Under the pieces are notes generated by a model. That model was given only the letters and a program-made list of their open reading frames with translations. It did no database searches and was not told the DNA's origin. 31,098 bases of DNA. It comes from Thermodesulfobacteriota bacterium (lineage in GTDB: Bacteria; Desulfobacterota; Desulfobacteria; Desulfobacterales; SURF-7). This document shows positions 10,182 to 18,504 of this stretch, in pieces. Location of the stretch: assembly GCA_049320885.1 (NCBI GenBank), contig JBMORA010000005.1, positions 1-31,098 of the forward strand, given 5' to 3'. The first letter of the stretch is position 1. Each line of letters opens with the position of its first letter. A program made the position numbers and the translations under genes.

Positions 10182-11093
10182 ATGAAAGCGGATGATATTA
10201 AAACCGTCTTGATGATCGGAGCTGGCAATATGGGGCAGCAGATCGGTTTCCTCTGCGCTATGAAGAATTTTGACGTGGTCATGTATGACGTGGGCGCCGA
10301 CGAATTGAAAAAGGCCGGGGACCGGGTCGCAAAACTCGCCAGGCAATTCGTGGATTCCTCGCAAATCAGCCGGGAGGCGGCCGATACCGCATTGAGCCGC
10401 ATCCGATATGTCGCCGATGCGGCGGAGGCGGCCCGCAACGCCGATATCGTCAGCGAATCCGTCCCCGAGGACCCGCAACTAAAAGGCCGGGTGTTGGGAC
10501 AGTTCAACACTTTATGCCCGGCCCGGACTGTATTCACGACCAACACCTCCTCCCTGATTCCTTCCATGTTTGCCGCGGCCACGGGCAGACCGGACCGGTT
10601 CGCCGCCTTTCATTTTCATGACGTGCGGGTCACAAATATTGTCGATATCATGCCCCATCCGGGAACCGCTCCGGAAACCATCGCCGTGATCCGCGGGTTT
10701 GCCGAGCGTCTCGGCCAGATTCCCATCATGATGAAAAAGGAAAACTTCGGTTATGTCTTCAACGCCATGCTCATGGAATTGACCAAATCCGCCCAGACTC
10801 TGGCAGCCAATGGAGTGGCCACGGTGGAAGATATCGACCGCGCCTGGATGGGTGTGATGAACACCCTGGTCGGCCCGTTCGGCATCATGGACAGCATCGG
10901 GTTGGATACGGTCTGGAAAGTCACCGACTACTGGGCAAAGATTTTGAAGGAACCGCAGGCATTGGCCAACGCCGCATTCATCAAGCAGTATGTGGACAGA
11001 GGGGAGGTGGGAGTCAAGAGTGGCAAGGGATTTTACTCCTATCCAAATCCGGCTTTCGGCCGACCGGGATTCATTCAAGGAAAAGAAGACTGA
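10182..11093 (+). CDS. 3-hydroxyacyl-CoA dehydrogenase family protein
   Basis: 303 aa. Rossmann motif IGAGNMG, ESVPED, TNTSS, EDIDRAW, GPFGIMDSIGLD, GVKSGKGFYSY. RBS AAGGAG. Confidence 0.92.
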   Translation: MKADDIKTVLMIGAGNMGQQIGFLCAMKNFDVVMYDVGADELKKAGDRVAKLARQFVDSSQISREAADTALSRIRYVADAAEAARNADIVSESVPEDPQLKGRVLGQFNTLCPARTVFTTNTSSLIPSMFAAATGRPDRFAAFHFHDVRVTNIVDIMPHPGTAPETIAVIRGFAERLGQIPIMMKKENFGYVFNAMLMELTKSAQTLAANGVATVEDIDRAWMGVMNTLVGPFGIMDSIGLDTVWKVTDYWAKILKEPQALANAAFIKQYVDRGEVGVKSGKGFYSYPNPAFGRPGFIQGKED

Positions 11094-11104
11094 AGGAGCG
11101 TTGT

Positions 11105-12448
11105 ATGGCGAAATCAGTGGTTGCCGTCGTACGATATGAAAAATCGCTGGAATCGGTCCGCCAGGCGGTTGGGCTGTCCCAGGGACTGGAACGAGTCTCC
11201 GCCGGGATGAAGGTTTTCATCAAACCGAATATCGTTTTCTGGACCAAGGCGGTGGCCTTCCCCAAATGGGGTGTCATCACCACCAGCCGTGTCATCGAGG
11301 ATATGGTGATGCTGCTGAAGGAGCGGGGCGCAGACGATATCACCATCGGCGAGGGGATTGTGACGGGCGATCCGAAGGACAAGGAAACACCGGCTCATGC
11401 CTTCGACACCCTCGGCTACGGGCAGCTCAAAAAACGCTATGGAGTCAAGATCGTCAATACCCTGGACCGGCCCTTCGAGACAGTTGATCTGGGTGACGGC
11501 ATGCGCCTCGACTTCAATACCGACATCCTGCACAGTGATCTGGTGGTGGATCTGCCGGTGATGAAATCCCATAACCAGACCGTGGTCAGTCTGGGGATCA
11601 AGAACCTGAAGGGGGTGATCGACATCCCTTCCCGCAAGCGTTGTCACAGCGCCGATCCCGCCAGAAATCTGAACGCCTGGGTGGCCAGGCTGGCCGATAA
11701 GCTCCCACCGATTTTTACCCTGATCGACGGTATCTATACCCTGGAGCGGGGGCCGGCCTTTGACGGCAAGATGCGGCGCAGCAACCTGCTGGTGGCTTCC
11801 ACTGACATCCTGGCCGCCGACAAGGTCGGCGCGAGTATCCTGGGATATGCCCCGGCGGATGTCCCCTATATTTCTCTTGCGGCGGCCAATCGCGGGCGTC
11901 CCGTGGATCTGTCGGATGTCACCGTGGTGGGGGAGAAAATCGAGGAGGTCGCCTCGCAGCATGAATATGATTTTCTCTACAGCGAAACGGAAGAGGGCGT
12001 CATGCCCCTGCCCATGGCAAAACAAGGGATCAAGGGATTATACTACCGCAAACACGATCTTTCCATGTGTACCTATTGCTCCGGGCTGAACGGGCTGATT
12101 CTGTCCGCCATCCGCTATGCCTGGAAGGGAGAGCCCTGGGATCGGGTGGAGGTGCTGACCGGCAAGATGATGAAGCCGACTCCGGGTATGAACAAAACCA
12201 TCCTGATGGGAAAGTGCATCGTCAAAGCCAACAAAAACCATCCCGACATCAAAGAGGCCATTCCCATCAACGGCTGTCCGCCGCGTCCCGATGATATCAT
12301 CAAGGCCCTGCATCGCGCCGGCATCCAGGCGGACCCGGCCATGTTCCAGAATGTCGACCAACTGCCCGGCTTTTTCATGGCGCGATACACCGGAAATCCT
12401 GAATTCGATGAATCCTTTTTCAAAATTGAAGAACAGCACGAAAGGTGA
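11105..12448 (+). CDS. DUF362-domain protein with C-terminal Cys motifs (probable Fe-S protein)
   Basis: 447 aa. VFIKPNIV, ITIGEG, LPVMKSHNQTVVSLGIKNLKG, IDGIYTLERGP, DILAAD. C-terminal CTYC...GKC...GCPP. Confidence 0.8.
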   Translation: MAKSVVAVVRYEKSLESVRQAVGLSQGLERVSAGMKVFIKPNIVFWTKAVAFPKWGVITTSRVIEDMVMLLKERGADDITIGEGIVTGDPKDKETPAHAFDTLGYGQLKKRYGVKIVNTLDRPFETVDLGDGMRLDFNTDILHSDLVVDLPVMKSHNQTVVSLGIKNLKGVIDIPSRKRCHSADPARNLNAWVARLADKLPPIFTLIDGIYTLERGPAFDGKMRRSNLLVASTDILAADKVGASILGYAPADVPYISLAAANRGRPVDLSDVTVVGEKIEEVASQHEYDFLYSETEEGVMPLPMAKQGIKGLYYRKHDLSMCTYCSGLNGLILSAIRYAWKGEPWDRVEVLTGKMMKPTPGMNKTILMGKCIVKANKNHPDIKEAIPINGCPPRPDDIIKALHRAGIQADPAMFQNVDQLPGFFMARYTGNPEFDESFFKIEEQHER

Positions 12449-12454
12449 AAATAC

Positions 12455-13279
12455 ATGAATCTGATTGCCATTGATGAACAAAAATGCAAGCGGGACGGCA
12501 TCTGCGTGGCGGAATGCCCGATCAAGATCCTGACCATGAAGACACCGGAGTCCTTCCCGCAACCGGTCCCCGGCGCGGATGAGCTCTGCATCAACTGCGG
12601 CCACTGCGTGGCGGTTTGTCCCCACGGCGCCTTGCAGCACCGGAATATGGGGGCCGAGGACTGTCCCGATGTCCGCAGGGAGTGGTTGCTGGGGCCGGAA
12701 CAGGCGGAGCATTTCCTGCGGAATCGTCGTTCATTCCGGACTTTCAAAGACAAAATCGTGGACAGAGAAATCCTGTCCAGGCTGGTGGGCGTTGCCGCCT
12801 ATGCCCCATCCGGTCACAACCGCCAGCCGGTTCATTGGATGATCCTGCATGACAAGGCGGAATTGAAGCGCCTCACCGGACTGGTGGTGGACTGGATGCG
12901 GTACATGGTCAAGGAACAGCCGGCCATGGCCGGCCCCATGCATCTGGATATGATCGTTGGCGCCTGGGAGGCGGGGGTCGATGTGGTTTGCCGGGACGCC
13001 CCCCACCTGATTCTGGCCCACGGGGATAAAACCGACCCTACCACCCAGGCTTCCTGCACCATCGCCATGACCTATCTGGAACTGGCGACTCAGCCCTTTG
13101 GTCTGGGCGCTTGTTGGGCAGGTTATTTCAATGTCGCGGCCACATTCTGGCCGCCCATGCAAAAAGCCCTGGCCCTGCCGGAGAAACACGGCAGCTTCGG
13201 TGCCATGATGATCGGTTATCCGAAATACCAATACCACCGCCTGCCCCTGCGCCGGGAAGCACGGATCACCTGGCGATAA
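12455..13279 (+). CDS. Nitroreductase family protein with N-terminal ferredoxin-like (2x[4Fe-4S]) domain
   Basis: 274 aa. CKRDGICVAECP and CINCGHCVAVCP; RRSFRTF, APSGHNRQP, GLGACWAG, IGYP. Confidence 0.92.
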   Translation: MNLIAIDEQKCKRDGICVAECPIKILTMKTPESFPQPVPGADELCINCGHCVAVCPHGALQHRNMGAEDCPDVRREWLLGPEQAEHFLRNRRSFRTFKDKIVDREILSRLVGVAAYAPSGHNRQPVHWMILHDKAELKRLTGLVVDWMRYMVKEQPAMAGPMHLDMIVGAWEAGVDVVCRDAPHLILAHGDKTDPTTQASCTIAMTYLELATQPFGLGACWAGYFNVAATFWPPMQKALALPEKHGSFGAMMIGYPKYQYHRLPLRREARITWR

Positions 13280-13328
13280 AATTGTTACGGGAATCGGCTT
13301 TCGGTTCCGCTGGAAAAGGGTGATGAAT

Positions 13329-14399
13329 ATGACAAGCGAGTTGGCGGTATTCGCGGGCAAGCGGGCTCTGGCCGTTATCCGCGAGCGAGGGCTGCGTTCG
13401 GAAGACATCCGGGTCATCGCCGGAGCGGCCGGCGGCCCCAAATGGCTGGTCCTGGGGCATTTGGACCGCCTGTTGTTTTCATCTTGGATCAAACCAAGGC
13501 GGGAGCCCCTGTTTCTGTTGGGCGCCTCCATCGGGGCCTGGCGTTTTGCGGCCCTGTCCCAGAAGGCGCCGATCCAGGCCTTGGAGCGGTTTGAGGATGC
13601 CTATATCCATCAGACCTACAACCAGCGTCCGAGTGCCGCGGAGGTGAGCCGGGAAAGCGCCCGCATCCTTTCGGAATATCTGAGAGAGGCTTCCATCCCT
13701 GAAATTCTGGACCATCCCTTTTTACGATTGAATGTCATGACCGTGCGCTGCCGTCCGCCGGTGGACGCGGATCGCAAAGCCCGGTTGCTGGTGGGGTTGG
13801 GGATGGCGGCCATGGCCAATGGCATTCACCGTAACCTCATCGGTCTTTTTTTCGAGCGCTGTCTTTTTTCCCATCCCGGCACCCGTCCGCCCTTTTGGAG
13901 CGGGAATCATGTATCCCTGCAGCGGGTCGGGTTGACGGAGCGGAATATCCGTCCGGCGTTGATGGCATCCGGCGCCATTCCGCTGGTGATGGAGGGCATT
14001 ACCGATATCCCGGGGGCCCTGCCGGGTATGTACCGCGACGGCGGCATCGTCGACTACCATCTCGATGTCCCCTTTCTGGAAGGGGACGCCGGCCTGGTCC
14101 TCTACCCCCACTATATGCCGCGCATCATACCCGGCTGGTTCGATAAACAGATGAAATGGCGGAAACCCTCGCAGGAGAACATGGCCGGCGTCGTCATGAT
14201 CTCCCCGTCGGAGGAGTTCATCCACCGGCTTCCATTGCGGAAGATTCCGGACCGCAACGATTTCTGGCTGTTCGAGAAAAGGGATGCCGAGCGGATCGCC
14301 TACTGGAAAACGGTTGTTTCCGAAAGCCGGCGTCTGGCGGATGCCTTTGCGGAAGCCACGGCCACCGGCCGCATCCGGGAGATGGTGCGGCCGTTGTAG
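13329..14399 (+). CDS. Patatin-like phospholipase family protein
   Basis: Gly-rich GAAGGPKW, nucleophile motif GASIG, ASGAIP and RDGG. The start could be 13320, 13323 or 13329. Confidence 0.85.
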   Translation: MTSELAVFAGKRALAVIRERGLRSEDIRVIAGAAGGPKWLVLGHLDRLLFSSWIKPRREPLFLLGASIGAWRFAALSQKAPIQALERFEDAYIHQTYNQRPSAAEVSRESARILSEYLREASIPEILDHPFLRLNVMTVRCRPPVDADRKARLLVGLGMAAMANGIHRNLIGLFFERCLFSHPGTRPPFWSGNHVSLQRVGLTERNIRPALMASGAIPLVMEGITDIPGALPGMYRDGGIVDYHLDVPFLEGDAGLVLYPHYMPRIIPGWFDKQMKWRKPSQENMAGVVMISPSEEFIHRLPLRKIPDRNDFWLFEKRDAERIAYWKTVVSESRRLADAFAEATATGRIREMVRPL

Positions 14400-14408
14400 C
14401 CCGTAGGC

Positions 14409-16514
14409 CTATTTCCCCGTTCCATTTGCAAGCGCGTTTAAAACCAGCGTCAGGGGACGATCCTCTTCGGTTTTTCCGGTGAACCGGATGGGTCCGGGCT
14501 TCCGGTAGTGGTCTTCCCCGGGTCCGGCCGCCAGCCAGTTTTCCCGCATGGCCTCGACCACCTTGAAGGCAATGGAATTCGTGTCCACCAGGCTTTTTTC
14601 GAGCACCAGGGTCAGCTTGCCTTTGCGTTCTTCCAGGCGCATCAGGGGCGCAATGGGGATACCGATGGGCTCCCAGCTGGAAAAATCCATTTCCAGGTTT
14701 CTGATTGCGGCCATCTGGCCGGTGGCGCCGTTGGCGATCAGCGAAAAAACCGTCAGCCCCAGATTGTAGGTATAGTTGCAGTCGAACTGGCTCGGATCGC
14801 TGCCCCTGCCGTCATACCCGTAAAAATGGATCTGGGTTTTAAAGTCCGGCACCGATTTTTTGTATACCTTTTCCACCGCAGGCGGGATTTTGTCTTCTTC
14901 TTTGATTGCCTGGCCGTTGACCAGGGCCTGTTTCAGTGTCTTGACGGATATAATCGTCTGGTACATCAGCAGAAATGGTTCTTTCTGGTAGTTTTTGAAC
15001 AGAATCGGGCCGTAAAAGTCGGGATCCAGACCGCCGGCCTTCATGGTCTTTCGGTACCAATTTTCATGGATGCCGATTTTATAGAGACCTTTATCCTTGA
15101 GGATATGCAGGTAGTCCTTGACCAGACCCATGATGATTTTATCGGTCTCCACCTGGGAAAACGGGAAATTGCCGTGACTGTCCCTTTCCATCAGCAGGCC
15201 TTCCTGAAAAAATTCGGGGATGTCGTTGAACAGATCATCATCCCGGGTGTTCCAGACCGGAATTCGGTTTTCTTCACGGGACTGCCGGGCCAGGCGCCGC
15301 AGATAATCCAATTTATCCTCAAGCAGGGGGAAGGCCTTATGGAAAGTGGCGTCGTGGGTTTCATTGTATTCGGCGATGATGACATTCAGTTTGGTGATGA
15401 AGATCTGGATTTCATTGATAAACTCCAGCACTCCTTCGGGTATGACAATAACGCCGTAATTCTTTCCCGCCGCGGCGCGCCTGACGATGCCGTCGCAGAT
15501 AACACGGGATAAATGCCGGAGAGTCATCCCGTAAGCCGTGTAATCAATTTTTCCTTTTTTTTCGGCTTCTTCGATACGCTTGGGGTCCACGTAATCCGCG
15601 AGGTCTTCGCCGATCAGGGTGATGTTGGCATGGGTCTGCAGGGCGACTTCGAGAGCCAGGTGACTGGCAACCCGCCCCATGACCTTGCAGATATGCCAAT
15701 ATTTCACATCCGAGCTGCTGTCTGTGCATAAATTACTTATTTCTTTAGCAAAAGCGCGCGCAGCCGTGTGAAAGCCAAAGGATGTCGCGCATAACACCTT
15801 ACCGTCCGCGTCCCGGACCTGGATGTCGCCGTCGATGGTTTTCGGCACGCCAATGACCTGGACGCCGTCCGGGACCATTTCCTGGGCGAGAAAGGCCGCA
15901 TTGGTGTTGGAATCGTCCCCGCCCACAATGACCAGTGAATCCAGTCCAAGATTTTTACAGGTCTGCCGGGAGAGCGCCATTTTATTCGGGGTATCGATTT
16001 TGGTTCTGCCGGTTTTGATCATGGTGAAACCGCCGACATTCCGGTACCGATCCACCATCTCTTCCGTCAATTCAATTGCTTCATTTTCGATGATGCCGTC
16101 CGGACCAAGCAGGAAACCGAAAATTTTGCTGTCGGGGTTGATTTTTTGGGCGGCATCGAACAGGCCCGCAATCACATTGTGGCCGCCGGGGGCAGGGCCG
16201 CCAGAAAACACGATACCGATCCGGCGGGGCCGGCAATAGTTCTCCACAAAAGCTGTGTCCGGGGAATCCATACCGCGGACAGCCTGGACTTTATTATGAA
16301 TCAGGCTCGGCAACTGCCTTTCGGTTTCCTTGTCGATCTCGAAACGGTAACCATCCACTGTTTCCAAACTGGTATACCTGTTAGAAAAAACAGAACAAAT
16401 AGGTGGTTTATATTGAAGGCGTTCCTGTTGTTCCGGGTTGATGTCGGCAATGGCGGCCTGTACATCCGGATGCCTCAAAATCTGTTGGAGCGTTTCGTTC
16501 CGTCCTGCGGTCAT
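14409..16514 (-). CDS. pfp: Pyrophosphate-dependent phosphofructokinase (long form, ~701 aa)
   Basis: SGGPAPGGHNVI, GRTKI, GGDDSNTNAA (GGDD, PPi-type), PKTIDGD, VMGRVASH, FYGYDGRG. Start MTAGRNE after GAGGAGG. Confidence 0.9.
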   Translation of the reverse strand: MTAGRNETLQQILRHPDVQAAIADINPEQQERLQYKPPICSVFSNRYTSLETVDGYRFEIDKETERQLPSLIHNKVQAVRGMDSPDTAFVENYCRPRRIGIVFSGGPAPGGHNVIAGLFDAAQKINPDSKIFGFLLGPDGIIENEAIELTEEMVDRYRNVGGFTMIKTGRTKIDTPNKMALSRQTCKNLGLDSLVIVGGDDSNTNAAFLAQEMVPDGVQVIGVPKTIDGDIQVRDADGKVLCATSFGFHTAARAFAKEISNLCTDSSSDVKYWHICKVMGRVASHLALEVALQTHANITLIGEDLADYVDPKRIEEAEKKGKIDYTAYGMTLRHLSRVICDGIVRRAAAGKNYGVIVIPEGVLEFINEIQIFITKLNVIIAEYNETHDATFHKAFPLLEDKLDYLRRLARQSREENRIPVWNTRDDDLFNDIPEFFQEGLLMERDSHGNFPFSQVETDKIIMGLVKDYLHILKDKGLYKIGIHENWYRKTMKAGGLDPDFYGPILFKNYQKEPFLLMYQTIISVKTLKQALVNGQAIKEEDKIPPAVEKVYKKSVPDFKTQIHFYGYDGRGSDPSQFDCNYTYNLGLTVFSLIANGATGQMAAIRNLEMDFSSWEPIGIPIAPLMRLEERKGKLTLVLEKSLVDTNSIAFKVVEAMRENWLAAGPGEDHYRKPGPIRFTGKTEEDRPLTLVLNALANGTGK

Positions 16515-16538
16515 GCTATCCTCCTCAATACCCAAACA

Positions 16539-18191
16539 TTATGTGACGACGACGGTGTTTCGTCCTGAATTTTTTGCCGCATACATGGCCTGGTCCAATC
16601 GGGTAAAAATGGTTTCAGGGTCTTTGTCATCAGGCGCGACCTGGGTGACACCAACGCTGACGGTGATGCGGATGGTGTCTCCTTTATGAATGAAGTCGAT
16701 TTTTTCCACCAGCTGCCGGATTTTTTCCCCCACCGAGCGGCCTTGTTCACAGCTGGTTTCCGGAAGGATGAGGACGAATTCCTCGCCGCCGTACCGGGCC
16801 GGGAAATCGCATTTTCTCAGCATCATGGTGATACGGGCGATGATCTCCTTCAGACATTTGTCACCCACCGTATGTCCGTAAGTGTCATTGATGCGTTTAA
16901 AATGGTCCACATCGAACAACAACAGTGAAAAAATGGTTTGGTATCGGAGATACCGGTGCAGTTCCTCGATTATTCTCCGGTCATAGGCCCGGCGGTTATA
17001 AGCGCCCGTAAGGGGATCCCTCAGCAACTCCTGTTCCAGGGAGCTGGCGCGTTCCTCGGCAGCCTGAATTTGGTTTTTCATCTGGTCCATGCTCTGGCGC
17101 AGATTTTCCAATTGCCGGTCGGCCTCGGTTTTGCTTTTTCCGTCCTGTTCCTTTTTTGCCGAAATGATGGTGTTGATGGTGTTTAATCTTACGACGAGGG
17201 ACTCTTTCAGTTCAATCAGCGTCTGGCTGTAATCGATGTTGGTCCTCAAGTCCCCCAGATGACTTTCGAGGGAATTGCTGAAATCCTGATTGCTCCGATA
17301 GATCCGACTGGTCTGGTCGATGGAGTTGACGACATGTTTTTCCACTTCCAGCAGACGCTGACTGATTTCTCGAATAAAACCCAGCGCGAGTTCCCGTTCG
17401 GCGCCGACATGGTCGATGAATTGCTGGATTTGTTCGAAGATATCCTTGCCCACCAAGGACAATTCCGAGACTGTTTTGCTTTTCAGCAGACGCCGTTCGA
17501 TTCGAAGAAGCGCTTCCAGGTATTGCTGCCCCATTTTAAGCTTCAGTTCATCAATAATATCCTGGTAGGCATCAACGATTTGGGGCAACCGGCTGTCCCG
17601 GGTCTGTTCCTTGTTTTGGGGCGCGCCCTCCTCGCGGCTTGCGAAGAGCCTGGCCAGAAACGAGGCTTTTTTGGGGGATGGCGGGGCGGTCTGAATCGGC
17701 GGATCAATACCTTCCTTCAGGGCCGCATCCTTGAATCGATGAAAGGCGGTGGCAATCCGCGATTGTTCGGTGTTCCCGGCGAGCAGTTCCTGAAGCTCGA
17801 CCATGGTCGTCCCCACCTCCCCCTCCTTTCGGGTTTCGAGCAGCCGGATCACAAACAACAGGCCCCGCTTGTAGAAGGTCTCGGACTCGGTTTGTTTCGA
17901 CTCCAACAGATTGATTTGTTTGATTAGTTGGTCTTTCTGGACCTGGTGTTTCTCGATCTGGGATTTCAAATCCGCCAGTTGCGTGGATGGTGCCGATTCG
18001 GCAGGCGGGGTGGCCGCAGCCGCGGGTTTTTCGGCCGGATCCTGTCGCAGTCGCTGGATATCCTCATTGGATTCGTAGGCCTTGAACAGGGTTTCCGCCG
18101 AGAGCTCGCTGCCTTTGGCGGCCAGTTCCTTCAGTATGTCGATGGACACCTTGGCGAGCTTTTTGAGATATTCCGACGATTGATTCTCCAT
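16539..18191 (-). CDS. Diguanylate cyclase (GGDEF) with long helical/coiled-coil N-terminus
   Basis: DPLTGAYNRR, DVDHFKRINDTYGH, RKCD (I-site) followed by ARYGGEEF, AMYAAKNSGRN. No TM segment seen. Start uncertain (ORF extends to 18281; in-frame ATGs at 18221 and 18191). Confidence 0.92.
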   Translation of the reverse strand: MENQSSEYLKKLAKVSIDILKELAAKGSELSAETLFKAYESNEDIQRLRQDPAEKPAAAATPPAESAPSTQLADLKSQIEKHQVQKDQLIKQINLLESKQTESETFYKRGLLFVIRLLETRKEGEVGTTMVELQELLAGNTEQSRIATAFHRFKDAALKEGIDPPIQTAPPSPKKASFLARLFASREEGAPQNKEQTRDSRLPQIVDAYQDIIDELKLKMGQQYLEALLRIERRLLKSKTVSELSLVGKDIFEQIQQFIDHVGAERELALGFIREISQRLLEVEKHVVNSIDQTSRIYRSNQDFSNSLESHLGDLRTNIDYSQTLIELKESLVVRLNTINTIISAKKEQDGKSKTEADRQLENLRQSMDQMKNQIQAAEERASSLEQELLRDPLTGAYNRRAYDRRIIEELHRYLRYQTIFSLLLFDVDHFKRINDTYGHTVGDKCLKEIIARITMMLRKCDFPARYGGEEFVLILPETSCEQGRSVGEKIRQLVEKIDFIHKGDTIRITVSVGVTQVAPDDKDPETIFTRLDQAMYAAKNSGRNTVVVT

Positions 18192-18202
18192 GATGGGCTG
18201 AA

Positions 18203-18232
18203 ATATTAGCTGCGGCTGCATGGGTGTGTCAA
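18203..18232 (-). promoter_or_regulatory. Candidate sigma70 promoter for the diguanylate cyclase-pfp unit
   Basis: Minus strand TTGACA-N18-TAATAT, 11 nt before the ATG at 18191. Confidence 0.45.
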
Positions 18233-18362
18233 GATCATTCGCCGGAACGGAATTATTTGCGGCAGTGGTTTTTTCGTGCATGGAACGGTCGGGGCGGGAT
18301 TAAAAAAAAAGATATCGGCGCCTTGTCGCGTAAGCGTTCCCACCCCCCATGATCGGCAGTAT

Positions 18363-18409
18363 ACACAATATATAGTATATGGATTGTGGTCGTATGCCGC
18401 AGATTGTGT
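18363..18409. promoter_or_regulatory. Tandem NrdR-box-like sites
   Basis: ACACAATATATAGTAT (18363-18378) matches acaCwAtATaTwGtgt at 15/16 positions. A degenerate ATGCCGCAGATTGTGT (18394-18409) starts 31 bp later. Confidence 0.6.
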
Positions 18410-18415
18410 TTGCTC

Positions 18416-18444
18416 TTTACAAGGATGGTGCTTCCTGATATGAA
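18416..18444 (+). promoter_or_regulatory. Candidate sigma70 promoter of smc-ftsY
   Basis: TTTACA-N17-TATGAA with an extended -10 TG (TGaTATGAA). Confidence 0.5.
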
Positions 18445-18504
18445 GAGGGCACCATATCAATATCAAGAGCCGGATCATTCATCATAAATAGGGGTGCTTC
18501 CCAC

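Noticed and set aside
5434..12753. Several long antisense ORFs (5434-6453, 6963-7820, 11114-12025, 12038-12712 and others)
   Set aside because: All lie opposite well-supported genes and lack recognisable motifs. They are expected from stop-codon scarcity at this GC content.
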